Source of the DNA: Narcine bancroftii
Taxonomy: Eukaryota
Assembly (NCBI RefSeq): GCF_036971445.1
Contig: NC_091479.1
Location: forward strand, 104,842,001-104,906,000
Length of the DNA: 64,000 bases
Direction of reading: 5' to 3'
Position numbers and translations under genes: made by a program. Positions 1 to 12,791 of the stretch are shown piece after piece; position 1 is the stretch's first letter; every line of letters starts with the position of its first letter. The notes beneath the pieces were generated by a model. That model saw only the letters and a program-made list of their open reading frames with translations. It was not told where the DNA came from and searched no databases.

Positions 1-749
1 TTCACCAGCTTATTGTCTGCATCAGAGAGTAGGAGCTACAAGGAAAACGTGGATAGTTTTCTGTGGAGGGTCAGAGACTGAGGGGAGACCCCACAGAAAT
101 ATATAAAAAATGTGGCACTGATGGGGTAGAAAGGATTTTTCGCCAAAGGTGAAAATGTCAATATTAGCGGGCACAGTTTAAATGAGATGAGGTTTTTGTT
201 TATATATGGTGGTAGGAACACTGCTAAGGGAGGCAGTGGAAGCAGATAGGAAGGCAATGTTTATTTAGATGACATATGAACAATTAGGAAATAGACAGGA
301 ATGGACCATGTGCAAGCAGAGGTGCAGTTTAAATTAGCATCATGGTCAGCACAGAAACTGTGGGCTGAAGGGCCTGTTCCTATGCTATAAAGTCCTATGC
401 TTCAGAGAAACATTTAACGACAAGAATCCACTGGAGCAGCAGATATCCTCTTGTTTTCAAACCAACAGCACTACCACACAAATTAGCAGCCCACATATTG
501 GTGTTCCATTTCAGTGGGCGTTTGTTTGAAAGTTGTAGCTGATGTAAAACCCGCAGCATTAATGGCTCACAGCAGGCATCAGTACAATTTTTAACAAACA
601 CTGGCAACACCATCGATCCCCAAGAAAAATATTATCCACCCATCCTCTCCAAGTTTTCTTTAATGCTTTGCGAGACAGTGCAAAGCCCACATTTATTGGT
701 CTTGAGCTGCTTGCGTGGTTGTTAATTCAATGACAATTCTGTGGGCGCA

Positions 750-980
750 CACGTGAATCTAGAACTACAACGTATCCGCTGGAGGAACTCAGTGAGTCGA
801 GCAGCAGCTGTGGGAGAAAAAGCACGGTCGAAGATTTGGCCCAGAACCCTTCATCACATCTCGATGAAGGACTCCACCCTAAAATGTCGACCATTCTCTT
901 TCTCCCGTGGATGCTGTTCGACCCGCCAAGTTCCTCCAGCAGATCATTTTTTGCTCTAGATTCCAGCGCCAGCAATCTCT
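750..980. mobile_element. Penelope-derived palindromic mini-element with hammerhead-like motifs
   Basis: Left arm gctggaggaactcag...cccttcatca is an imperfect inverse of right arm gatgaagg...aagttcctccagc. Confidence 0.7.
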
Positions 981-1464
981 TTTGACCCCTTTATTTTGTG
1001 AATGCCATTCATCACAAAAGCAGAGGCAACAGATATTCCTAATGAAGGAACCATGATTTGGAAACCAAAACACTGCAAACAACCAAGCCCTGAACAGTGT
1101 TGAGAAACGTGGTGTGAAACAGATGTGTGTGTTAACTGAAGCATGAAATTTAATCCCAAAACAAGGAAATCCGATGTTGCACGTTCACGAATCAATGAGG
1201 TGCCGAGGCAAGGGTCAGGATGCCAAACTTTGTAGGAACGAGACCCACAATATTTAGACAGACAGCATGGTTACAGGCCCTTTTGGTCCATGAGTCCGTG
1301 CTGCCCAATTGACCTACACCCCATTCGTTTTTGAAGTGCGGGAGGAAACCGGAGCCCCCAGGGAAAACCCACACAGGCATGGGGACTCCTTACTGATTCA
1401 ATTGCTGGCGCTGTATCAGCATGGCGCTAACCATCCTGCCCAAACAGGAACATCAGGAACCAAG

Positions 1465-1905
1465 GAGAATACACAAAAGTGCTAGAGAAACTCAGTGGGT
1501 CATGCAGCATCGATAGGAAGCAAATATACCTATAATATGCCACCTGGGCACTCTTGAACCAAATGGCATTAATATCGCCTCCATTTTATGTTAGGTCCCT
1601 CTCCGGTCTCTCTTTTCCCATCCCTCTGTCTCCTTTCCTCCAGCTCAACACCCCCTTCCCTCTCCATTCACAGAGCCACCCCCTCAACTTTTTTCTCTTC
1701 TGCCCACCCCTTCTTATCTATGTATGGTTTTTTACCTGTGCACCTCCCCCCACCTTTTATTTCAAGGCCCTGCCTGCTTCCTGCTTATACCTTGCCCAAA
1801 ATGCAAGTTACCCTTTGCTTCCTCTGGATGCTGTGTGGCCTGCTGAGTTTCTCCAGCACATTTGTGTATTACGCTACAATCACAGCCTCTGGAGACTTTC
1901 CTATT
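1465..1905 (+). mobile_element. Penelope-like element 3' relic with inverted termini
   Basis: GIY-YIG C-terminal remnant (HLGTLEPNGINI) between inverted gagaaactcag / ctgagtttctccagca ends. Confidence 0.65.
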
Positions 1906-2392
1906 TAACTCTAGGAGTTTGAATAAAAGCAAAATCTAATTTGTACCTGCACTGGAAGCAGGTGCACATTGGTCATTAGTTTGTTCTCTGGAATGTCAGG
2001 GTGATGCATGAATGAGCAGCTGAGCAGTTGAGGAGAATGAGGGATGATCCTTATCAAAAGTAACATTCTGAAGAAGTCTGACAGGGTGGATTCTGGGAGG
2101 ATTCTTTCCCTCGAGACAATTTCAGAATAAAGCATCATCCTGTTAATGTGGAGACGAAAAGGAATTCCTTCTTTACCCCAGAAAGCACGAGAGGAAGAAA
2201 TATTAAAAGATACTCAAGACAGACAATGGCAGACATTTGAACTGTAAAGCAGTCGAGGGTTAGGGGGAGAGTGTGGAAAGTGGAGAGGCTTAGCCTGCAT
2301 CAGCAATGATGTTATTGGATGGCAGAACAGGTTCAAAGGGCTGAATGGTTTTGTCCTGCTCCTGTTTCTATGATCTTATGTTCCACTGCTCA

Positions 2393-3165
2393 ATAGAAAC
2401 ATAAAAACATAGAAGATAGGAGCAGGAGTAGGTCATTCGACCCTTCGAGCCTGCTCCACCATTCAACGAGATCATGGCTGATCTTAAAGTTCAGAACCCC
2501 GTCCCTGCCTTCTCTCCGTAACCTTTAATACCCTTATACTGAAGAAATAGATCTAATTCCCTCTTAAATAGATTTAATGAACCTGCCTCTACTGCCCTCT
2601 GTGGCAATGAATTCCACAGATTCACCACCCTCTGGGTCAAGGAATTCCTCCTCATCTCGGTCCTAAATGGTTTGCCTATTATCCTCAAACCATGGCCCCG
2701 GGTTTTGGATTTTCCCATCCTTGGAAACATCCCATCTGCATCCATTCTGTCCAGTCCTGCCAGAATTTTATAGGTCTCTATGAGATCCCCTCTCAATCTT
2801 CTAAACTCCAGCGAGTACAATCCCGATTTGCACAATCTTTTCTCCTAAGTCATTCCTGCCATTCCAGGGATCAGCCTGGTGAATCGCCTCTGCACTCCCT
2901 CCATTGCAAGAACATCCTTCCTTAGATAAGATGACCAAAACTGCACACAATACTCCAGGTGGGGTCTCACCAAGGCCCTGTACAGCTGCAGTAAGGTATC
3001 CTTGTTCCTAGACTCAAACCCTCTTGATATGAAGGCCAACCTACCATTTGCCTTTTTAACCGCCTGCTGTACCTGCATGCTCGCCTTCAGAGACTGATGT
3101 ACAAGTACCCCTAGGTCTCTCTGCACTTCCCCATCTCTTAATCTATTGCCATTCAAATAGTAATT
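2393..3165 (-). mobile_element. CR1/HER1-like LINE 3' fragment
   Basis: QRDLGVLVH...LYRALVRPHLEYCVQFWS...RLRGDLIETYKI...TRGH; microsatellite-like tail. Confidence 0.9.
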
Positions 3166-3503
3166 CAATCTTGACCAATGGCTCATGCAGTAAGTGCTCT
3201 CGGTTTGACCTTCTTCTACTGTTCAATATTCAAATCAACATTTAACAAGAACCAGCCAATGTGAATAAGTGTCATTGGCTTGAATCAACTGGTCATTAAA
3301 TTTATAACATTTAATTTTTGTCATGGGCAGCATTTTTTGTGGCAACTAAACTGCATAAGTATCAGCAAATAATCCAAAATGTTCCTGTGGAATTGAAGGC
3401 AGTTCTTTGATTCAATCCTGAAGCACACTGTTCCTGTGCAATGAAGAATCCTCCTGCCATTATCAAATCCCTGAGTGAACCCTCATCCTAGTAAAATTAT
3501 GTT

Positions 3504-4089
3504 GTTAAACAAGAAAATCTGTAGATGCTCTGATTGTATTTTACACAAAAATGCTAGAGAAACTCAGCAAGTTGTAAATTGGAGGAGCAACGTCAATATT
3601 CTGTCTGGGCACTCTCCAACCAGATGGGATTGACGTCGACTTCTCTGGTCCATTGATTATTCAATTTATTGTCCTGTAATAAAATCAGTGTCATATTACA
3701 TGAAATTGCTTTTGCCTGCTGTAAGGCAGACAGATTTGCCTGAAGCGCCTCTTACAGACAGAGAAAGAGAAGCAAAAGAGAGTTCCCTCCCAGGGTAACC
3801 AAGTATCCGTGGATTCTCTTCCAGCACTCCCGCAGCCAGAGTCCAGTCCAACCATCAGCAGCCAGAGCTCAAGATCCGGACCTCCGATACGATTAGGAAC
3901 CCTTCAGTGCCCTTGGCACCCTCTTGCATTCCAGTTCCATTACCCAGTACCTAGTTTCAAGCCCGTCTCTAGCAGTCCAGCCTTGTGCGAGTTCCTTGGC
4001 CACAGCTTGCAAGGGTTCCTCGTCTTGAGTCACCAACAGCCCTCTATGCTGCATGACTTGCTGAGTTTCTCCAACATTTTTGCGCAAAT
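3504..4089 (+). mobile_element. Penelope-derived element containing a nested LINE 3' fragment, flanked by a 16-bp TSD
   Basis: KLEEQ..FCLGTLQPDGIDVDFS remnant at about 3575-3650; direct repeat ctagtaaaattatgtt at 3488-3503 and 4090-4105. Confidence 0.7.
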
Positions 4090-4974
4090 CTAGTAAAATT
4101 ATGTTTCCTTTGCTCTGCACCAGCATCTCTCTAACTCCACCCTTAAGTGCAGTTTCTACTGTTGTACTGTACGATGCATGGCGTGTCCAGTCACTCACAA
4201 CACAATATTCACAACTGCACATTGGGATGTAACAATAAACAAAGAACAGTGCAGCACCATACAGGCCTTTCTGCCCATGATATTGTTTCAACTAAAATAA
4301 ATCTACTCAACAATCAGCCCTCATCCCTCAGAGCCCATAACCCTCCAATTTTCTTACATCCATATGTCTATCAAAGAGTCTTTTAAATGCCCCTCTATTG
4401 TACCAGCCTCCATCATCACCCCTGGCAATGCATTTTATAGTGAAGCGAACAGAACTGAACACAATATCCTAAGTGCTGTCTAACCAGAGTTTCATCGAGC
4501 TGCAACATTACCTTCAGCTTGAATGGAAACTATCCAATGACTTGTTTTCGTCACTCCCATCACAAAGTCATATTACATCTTCAAAGCATTTTAGGACAAG
4601 GCAATCATTTTTAGACATCTATTTTTGCTACAAATAACTTGCTAGATTTCTTCAGAACTATAAATGAATTGATGTCTCAATGATCTAAACTTTGAAGAAA
4701 GTTACTCTACAGTGTATTGATTTTAACTAAACCAAGATTCCAACAAAACATGAAACTATGTGAAAAATACAAGCAGCCATTCTGATGAAGGGTGCCTGAA
4801 TGAAACTTCACTCTATCCAGATGCTGTCTGACCTCTTCAGTTACTGCTTTCTCCAAATTTGAAGACAGATTTTTGTTATCACTGACAGTACATTGCATGC
4901 CCTGGTAATCAATCATTCAAAATTTGATGCAGAGCATTCCAAAGCGATTACAGGACTGGAGGGGGGCAGGAAAC

Positions 4975-6803
4975 AAGGTGAGGGGACGGTGGGGGGGGGG
5001 GGTGAGGGTGAGGGGACGGGACGGGGGGGAGGTGAGGGTGAGGGGACGGGATAGGGGAGGTGAGGGGGAGGGTGACGGGACGGGATAGGGGGAGGTGAGG
5101 GGGAGGGGGATGGGAAGGGGGGGAGGTGAGGGGGAGGGGGACAGGACGGGGGGGAGGTGAGGGGGACGGGACGGGGGAGGAGGTGAAGGTGAGGGGACGG
5201 GGAGGAGGTGAGAGTGAGGGGACGGGACGGGGGGGAGGTGAGGGTGAGGGGACGGGACGGGGAGGAGGTGAGGGTGAGGGAGGGAGGTGAGGGGACGGGA
5301 CGGGGAGGAGGTGAGGGTGAGGGGACGGGACGGGGGGAGGGCGACGGGACGGGGGGAGGGCGACGGGACGGGGGGAGGGCGACGGGACGGGGGGAGGGCG
5401 ACGGGACGGGGGGAGGGCGACGGGACGGGGGGAGGGCGACGGGACGGGGGGAGGGCGACGGGACGGGGGGAGGGCGACGGGACGGGGGGAGGGCGACGGG
5501 ACGGGGGGAGGGCGACGGGACGGGGGGAGGGCGACGGGACGGGGGGAGGGCGACGGGACGGGGGGGAGGGCGACGGGACGGGGGGAGGGCGACGGGACGG
5601 GGGGAGGGCGACGGGACGGGGGGAGGGCGACGGGACGGGGGGAGGGCGACGGGACGGGGGGAGGGCGACGGGACGGGGGGAGGGCGACGGGACGGGGGGA
5701 GGGCGACGGGACGGGGGGAGGGCGACGGGACGGGGGGAGGGCGACGGGACGGGGGGAGGGCGACGGGACGGGGGGAGGGCGACGGGACGGGGGGAGGGCG
5801 ACGGGACGGAGGGAGGGCGACGGGACGGGGGGAGGGCGACGGGACGGGGGGAGGGCGACGGGACGGTGGGAGGGCGACGGGACGGGGGGAGGGCGACGGG
5901 ACGGGGGGAGGGCGACGGGACGGGGGGAGGGCGACGGGACGGGGGGAGGGCGACGGGACGGGGGGAGGGCGACGGGACGGGGGGAGGGCGACGGGACGGG
6001 GGGAGGGCGACGGGACGGGGGGAGGGCGACGGGACGGGGGGAGGGCGACGGGACGGGGGGAGGGCGACGGGACGGGGGGAGGTGAGGGGGACGGGACGGG
6101 ATGGGGAGTGAGGGGAGGGGACGGGGGAGGAGGTGAGGGGGAGGGGGAGGGGACGGGGAGGAGGTGAGGGGAGGGGACGGGGGGAGGTGAGGGGAGGGGA
6201 CGGGGGGAGGTGAGGGGAGGGGACGGGGGGAGGTGAGGGGAGGGGACGGGGGGAGGTGAGGGGACGGGGGGAGGTGAGGGGACGGGGGGAGGTGAGGGGA
6301 CGGGGGGAGGTGAGGGGAGGGGACAGGGAGGAGGTGAGGGGGAGGGTGAGGGGACGGGGGGGAGGTGAGGGGGAGGGTGAGGGGACAGGGGGAGGTGAGG
6401 GGGAGGGTGAGGGGACAGGGGGAGGTGAGGGGAGGGGACGGGGGGAGGTGAGGGGAGGGGACGGGGGGAGGTGAGGGGAGGGGATGGGGAGGAGGTGAGG
6501 GGAGGGGACGGGGGAGGAGGTGAGAGGAGGGGAGGAGGTGAGGGGATGGGGGAGGGGACGTGGGGCAGGTGAGGGGAGGGGACGGGGGGATGGTGGGGGG
6601 CGGGGGGGAGGTGAGGGGAGGGGACGGGGGGAGGAGGTGAGGGTACGGGGGAGGGGACGGGGGGAGGAGGTGAGGGTACGGGGGAGGGGACGGGGGGAGG
6701 AGGTGAGGGTACGGGGGAGGGGACGGGGGGGAGGAGGGGAGGGGACGGGGGGAGGAGGTGAGGGGACGGGGGAGGGGACGGGGGGAGGAGGGGAGGGGAC
6801 GGG
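4975..6803. repeat. G-rich minisatellite; core 5335-6080 is about 39 copies of the 19-mer CGACGGGACGGGGGGAGGG
   Basis: Directly visible near-perfect tandem array flanked by degenerate GGGGAGGTGAGGGGAC-type units. Confidence 0.95.
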
Positions 6804-6829
6804 TTGCAGCTTTGGGCCCGCACCAGTCC

Positions 6830-7135
6830 CTGTGAGGCCGCCGCGGGGACCCTGTCCCCGTTAGTTTTTTTTGGGGGGGGAAGGGGTTACCTCCGTCTCT
6901 GTCCCCTCCCGCTGCCCCTCTCACCTCATCGGACGGCCGCTTCCATGAGCTTCCCGGCACCCCGAGCGCCAAACGGAAGGACCGGCCTGCGCACGCACTG
7001 CTCCCCGCGCGATGCCTTCTGGGCGTTGTAGTTTCCGATGCATTCTGGGCGTTGCTGTGTTTGATGCTCCCTACTGCGCACGCGGACAGCCCAGCTTTGA
7101 CCTCCAGAGCACTGGGGGCGCTGCAGCGAGCCAAT
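6830..7135 (-). promoter_or_regulatory. CpG-island housekeeping-type promoter and putative first exon of an unidentified minus-strand gene
   Basis: Two ZNF143/SBS-like motifs on the minus strand (7012-7033 AACTACAACGCCCAGAAGGCAT; 7038-7058), two NRF1-like TGCGCACGC (6988, 7075) and ETS CGGAAG (6974). Minus-strand donors GAG|gtgaga (6925/6924) and GAG|gtaacc (about 6890). Confidence 0.65.
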
Positions 7136-7322
7136 CCTTTTGCCCTTGACTCACATGGAGATGGGAGATGAGAGAGTTATGAGGCTAAATGTGGAGTCTT
7201 GTGTGCAGTTTTGTTCACCTGCTCTCGGTTCAGATGCCTTGCCGTTCCTGGCCGATCATGTCTCCCCATCCGACACTCCGAATTGTAGTGGTTACCTGCC
7301 TTGATCCTCCTAAGGTGTTAAT

Positions 7323-7598
7323 TAGGGTGACCAGACATCTGAGTTTAGGCTGGACCGACCGGCTTTGTTTCATCCAGCGCCACTTCGAGCCGGATGATCA
7401 TTTTCACCCCAAATGGAGGCCAAATAAAGTAGCAGAAAGGCATGTTCCCGTTAAATGCGATGTGCACGGCCATGTTTCTTCTCACCCACATGCGTGGTGA
7501 GCGGGAAGTGTGACAGTGGCGCACCTCCCCCACCAAGAGAGGTTCTGACGCTGACCCTGCATGTCCTCCATTTTGGTACGTTTGAAATGGCCATCCTA
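7323..7598. mobile_element. hAT (Blackjack/Tip100-like) non-autonomous DNA element
   Basis: Imperfect terminal inverted repeats (TIRs) TAGGGTGACCA...TGGCCATCCTA. Confidence 0.5.
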
Positions 7599-7955
7599 AT
7601 TAATCCATCTATCGTTTTCATTCTCTGACCTTCCAGTTTTCCAGTTGTAACTAAACGTTCTAATGTATTTCTTCGCATGATGTGTCCAAAGAATTTTGAT
7701 TACTGTTTTCTGAATCTTTTAAGTAATGTTCATTTTATTTTCATTCTTTGTAGAACTTTGTTATCCTGTCCACATATGATATGCATAGCATTCTTCTGAG
7801 AAACCACATCTCTGCTGCAATGATACTTTTTTCCATACATTTGTGATGGTCCATGACTCGCAGCTGTACTTCAATATAGGAAGAATGTACCAGGTGAGAG
7901 TTCTAAGGAGGATGTCCATTGCTATTTTCTTGTTCATTAGGATGTTTTTCATTGT
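7599..7955 (-). mobile_element. Degenerate RTE/BovB-like LINE 3' fragment
   Basis: Minus-strand YILPILKYSCESWTI and LERLVTTGKLEG remnants typical of the RTE RT C-terminus. Confidence 0.65.
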
Positions 7956-7964
7956 TCTTGGTAT

Positions 7965-8450
7965 TGCTAACTACAGAAAAGTTATCAATAAGATAGAAAG
8001 AGTGCAGAGATTTACTGGGATGTTGCTCAGACCTCAGGAACTGAGTTACAGGGAATGGTTAAACAGGTTAAGACTTTATTCCCTGGAGCATAGAAGAATG
8101 AGGGAAGATTTGATAGAGGTATTTAAAAATTATGAATGGGATAGACAGAGTAAATGTAGATAGTCTTTTTCCACTGAGGGTAGGTGAAATACAAACCAGA
8201 GGAAATGGGTTAAGAGTGAAAGGGGAATAGTTTAAGGGAACTCTTCACACAGAGAGCAGTGGTAGTGTGGGACAAGCTGCTAGCTGAAGTGGTGAATGCA
8301 AGCTCAATTTTAACATTTAAGAAGAATTTGGACGGGTACATGGATGGGAGAGGTATGGATGGCTATGGACTGAGTGGAGGTCAGTGGGACTAGGCAGAAA
8401 AATAGTTTGACAGAGTAGAAGGGCCAAAGGCCCTGTTTCTGTGCTGTAAT
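7965..8450 (+). mobile_element. CR1-like LINE 3' fragment
   Basis: IERVQRFTGML..LYSLEHRRMREDLIEVFK plus the characteristic 3' UTR. Confidence 0.85.
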
Positions 8451-9029
8451 TTATAAATTTAAATTTAAAATATAAATTTAGATTTTTAAATTTAAATTTA
8501 GACATATAGCATGGTAACAGGCCATTTTAGCCCACAAATTCGTGCCACCCAATTTTTACCCAATTGACTACATCCCTGGAACGTTTCAAATGGTGGGTGG
8601 AAACTGGAGCCCCGGGGAAAACCCAGACGGACACAGGGAGAACATACCAACTTCTTACAGACTGCATGGGATTCAAACACCAGTCCCAATCGCTGGCGCT
8701 ATAAAGGCATTACTCTAACTGCTCGTGCCAGCCTATTCTATGGTTCCACAATCCAGTAGTTTTTCTTTGGTCATCAGTTTCTTTAAAAGTGAATTTAAGT
8801 TCAGCAATTTGAAGTGAGAGTTGAACACAGATCTCTGGAGTGCTAATCAGACCGCTGCACCACCATTCAGCTGGGTTTTGTGCCTGTTAGGCCAAAGGAT
8901 GTTGTGGGGCTACTGTTTGAAAAGCCAGCTGAGGTTGTAAATAAAAATGCAGATCTTTACTCTGCAGGATACAACTGATGGCCTCCTGTTCCAATGAAGA
9001 AAGTGTAGTTGTGTGTGCCTAATAAGATT

Positions 9030-9512
9030 TTGGTATGTCCCCAGGGACTCTTGCAAATTTCTATTTACCAAGGAGAGCATTCTGACTGATTGCATCACTG
9101 TCTGGGATGGAGGTGCCAATGCTCAGGACTGGAAAAAACACCAGAGGGTTGTTAACTCTGCCTGCAACATCACAGGCACTAAACTTCATTCCATCAAGGA
9201 CATCTACAAGAGGCGGGGTCTTAAAAAAGCAGCCTCCATCCTCAAGGACCCCCACCACCCAGGCCATGCCCTCTTCATTCTGCTACCATCGGGAAAAAGG
9301 TACAGGAACCTGAAGAGTACTCAGTGGCACAAGGCCAGCTTCTTCCCCTCTGCCATCAGATTCCTGAATGATCAATGAACCACAGACACTGCCTTACTTT
9401 CTCATATTTTCTTGCACTATTCATTTATTTTATCATTAATTTATAGCAATATTTACACCTGTGATGCTACCGCAAAACATCAATGTTCGTGATAATAAAA
9501 TCTGATTCTGAT
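9030..9512 (+). mobile_element. Rex1/Babar-like LINE 3' fragment
   Basis: ESILTDCITVW...QRVVNSA..ITG...ILKDPHHPGHALF.LLPSGKRYR...SFFPSAIR; ctgatt tail. Confidence 0.85.
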
Positions 9513-9518
9513 CTCACA

Positions 9519-10972
9519 AACTTTGGGTGTATTTTATGGATTTAATGCTGATCACGAAAATCCACCTTAAAAATCCCTTGCACATACTGTTTTTTTTTAA
9601 AATATAACCTATTTTTTGATTTTCTATCATATTTTAAGTCTATGCTATATGTCCAAATTTGTCGAGCTCCTGCTTAAAGAACAACAAATGGCTGTAGAGC
9701 ATCTTTGGGACATCCATCGTTCACAGAGATTGATGTGGAAGTGCAAGATTTCCTTGACATAATCTTTGAAGAGCTTGCCGAGGATTCATATGAGTTGCCC
9801 TCGCTTCTACGTCTTGTTGCTGGTTAATTCTGATGAGCAATGCATCAACAGTAAACTGATACCCATGTGAAGGAGACATCCCTGTAAGGACTGCACACAT
9901 TGGCATGTAATTCAGTACCATGAAAAGATGGAAAGAAAGATTTTAAATGTAAATTTTTAAGTTTAGTCATTGGTCTATGACCCCATGCTGCCCAATTACA
10001 CCCAATTAACCTACACCCATGGTACGTTTTTGAATGGTGGGAGGAAATCAACCCCCCCCCCCACAAGGAAAACCTATGCCTACGCAGACACAGGGAGAAC
10101 ATACAAACTTGTTACAAACAGTGCAACATCGAACCCCAGTCCCAATGGCTGGTGCAGTAACAGCTTTGTTCTAACCACTTCGCTCACCGTGCCACCACAG
10201 ATGTGCCATGGCTGCTCAGAGTATTGCCTTGCTCTGCCTCTGACTGTGGACAGCTAACCCTCCTCAACTTCTCTGCATTCACCAAAACGATCTCCTTACA
10301 CTCCCTGTCCCCCATACGTCAGCTCATTGGTACATCCTGTTTGGCTTCACTCTTCAGTCCCAGTTACACTGGACAACAATTTTTTTCAAAACACTTGCTT
10401 CCTGAAAGAAAACTGGGAAGTATGATAGACTGAACACAAAGATAATTTCAGATTTGTTGTATTACAGGGGACATTGGAGAAGCATTAAATTAACTTTTAG
10501 TGACTTTAGTGTGTTTAATTGCATATAATGACGCTGACACGTTGCGTTAGCTCAAGTGACCTAAAATTTTTCTGCCTCTGATTTTTGTTTGTACTCAGCA
10601 TCTGATGCCTCTCATGTCAGTGTCCAACAATAGTCAGCCTGTACTGATGGATTCCAGTAGCCCTGATACCATTTTTCCATGGTCACAATGTCCTGGTGAA
10701 ACCTTTCACCCTGTTCGTCACTGACTGCACCAAGATCAGCCGGGAAGGAGTCCAAGTGTGAAGACAGAAAATGAATTTTCAATGACATGTTAATCTTCAA
10801 GATTTTGTCTGCTTGAAGGAGACTTAAAATATGATAGAAAATCAAAAAATAGGTTATATTTTAAAAAAAAACAGTATGTGCAAGGGATTTTTAAGGTGGA
10901 TTTTCGTGATCAGCATAAAATCCATAAAATACACCCAAAGTGTTCAAGAAGCAAAATCTTCGTAGTCCAGTG
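9519..10972 (-). mobile_element. Chapaev3-like (CMC) DNA transposon deletion derivative, with a SINE inserted at about 9940-10200
   Basis: About 120-bp inverted repeats (9519-9640 vs 10820-10942); right end ...CCAGTG; transposase remnant MSLKIHFLSSHLDSFPADLGAVSDEQGERFHQDI...ADYCWTL. The family name comes from recalled motifs. Confidence 0.7.
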
Positions 10973-11334
10973 TTTTCGTAGTCACTCAGCATGGAAATAG
11001 GCCCTTCAACCAACCATGTGTATGCCAACCATCAAATACCCATCTCTACTCATCCCATTTACCAGCACTTGATCCACAGGCTTCTGTCTGATCCCCCTCG
11101 GGATAGATGCAGGCTCCTGACCAAAACAGTGACCACTTTGATTCTTCAGATGCTGCTTGACCCATTGGCATCCTCCAGCAGTTTGTTTTTTTCATGAATG
11201 AATGAATAAAAGATTCATTGTCCCATGTGGCACGAAGCAGTGAAAAGCTTTGTTTTGTGTGCTATCCAGTCAAGTCAATCTGTATGTAAAGCAGTTCAAT
11301 AATAAAACAGAAGCACAGAGCTCAGTATTATAAT

Positions 11335-11785
11335 AACCTGCAACCTGTCCATCTCCCCCCATTCCTCTCCCATCGATGGACCTGTCCAAATTCTTCTTAA
11401 ATGTTAAAATTGAGCCCTCATTCAGCACTTTAGCTGGCAGGTCATTCTGGACTCCCACCACTCTCTGTGTGAAGATGTTCTCCCTCATGTTCCCCCTAAA
11501 CTTTTCCCTTTTCCTCCTTAACCCGTGTCCTCTGGTTTGTATTTCACCTGACCTCAATTGAAAAACCCTACTTAAATTTACTTTATCTATCCCCCTCATA
11601 ATTTAAAAAATCTCTATCAAATCTGTCCTCATTCTTCCATACTGGAGGGAATAAAGTCCTAACCTGTTTAACCTTTCCCTGGAACTCAGTTCCTGAAGCC
11701 CTGGCAACATCCTAGTAAATCTCCTCCACACTCTATCTTATTGATGTCCTTCCTGCAGTTCGGTGACCAAAACTGCACATAGTCC
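11335..11785 (-). mobile_element. CR1-like LINE 3' fragment
   Basis: GIDKVNL...TRGHGL...FTQRVV remnant. Confidence 0.85.
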
Positions 11786-12770
11786 TCCAAACAGAGAAGA
11801 GGTGGAAATTCTCATGAAATGGGGCAAGAGGAACAACCTGAGTCTCAATGTGGACAAGATGAAGGAGATGATAGTGGATCAGGAACGACCATCCTCCCCG
11901 ACACAACAACAACTCTGTAGTGGAGACAGTGGAGAGCCCCTAGTTCCTTGGAGTTCACTTAACTAGCGACCTATCGTGGACACTCAACATCTCCCCGCTT
12001 GTTAGGGGGGCGCAACAGTGGCTCCCCTTCCTGAGAAGACTGAAGTGGGCAAGGCTACCGGCCACCATCATGTCAACCTTCCACAGGAGCACCTACCCTG
12101 CAGCGCAATTGGAGGTCAATTCAGAGTGGTCTAAGAAAATAAAGCTTATTCAAATGAATTTCCCCGAGACCGGTTTTATTTCCTAGACGGTCAGATTTCA
12201 TGAGGAGTGTGTGTGTGTTTTCAGGATATTTACACGCACGGTGGGTTAGCCACAGGCGGAAGGAATTGCCATTGGGACTCCGCGGTGAATTAGCGACTCG
12301 CCCGCAGGAGCGATGGAGTGTGTCGGAGCGAGCGACAACTTGGTAAAATATTCATGCACGTTCCACTTCAGGGGTGTGGGAGTTTCCAATGCGTTTCCAT
12401 CCTGCCTTTATCAGTCATTCTGTTGCTAACATTAGACCTGGACCCGCGTCAACGAGACGGATCATTTCGCTGTCAATTTTTAATGAAATTCCGTCCACCT
12501 CCTCTCTCCCGCTCCTTTCGTACCAATAAGGACTTTGGAGTTGGGACAAAGCGATCAGGACTCGGGGAAGGAAGTTCCTCTGACCCAGTTGTGTTTGGCA
12601 GAGCGAGAGAGAGAGGACTTGTCAACCCCCGGAATGAAACCCCAACAACCGACATAGATAATTAAAAGAGGGAGGAGGGTCAGATCTCCGCTCCCAACTT
12701 CCCAAAACGGCCGGTTGGAAACAGAGAGAGGGGACTCTCACGGAGGACGGGAGTCTCGGCTCGCTGGGAC

Positions 12771-12791
12771 AGAGAGACCATGGACAGCGCC
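12771..12791 (+). promoter_or_regulatory. Candidate RE1/NRSE (REST) site with degenerate left half
   Basis: agagagACCATGGACAGCGCC matches the last 15 nt of consensus TTCAGCACCACGGACAGCGCC at 14/15. Confidence 0.4.

Noticed and set aside
4707-4916. 69-aa minus-strand ORF as a coding exon
   Set aside because: It runs into a Penelope terminal fragment and has no recognisable homology; kept only as a possible non-coding exon.
4913-7134. Long Pro-rich (636/728 aa) and Gly/Arg-rich ORFs
   Set aside because: They arise from a stop-free G/C minisatellite that is open in several frames on both strands.
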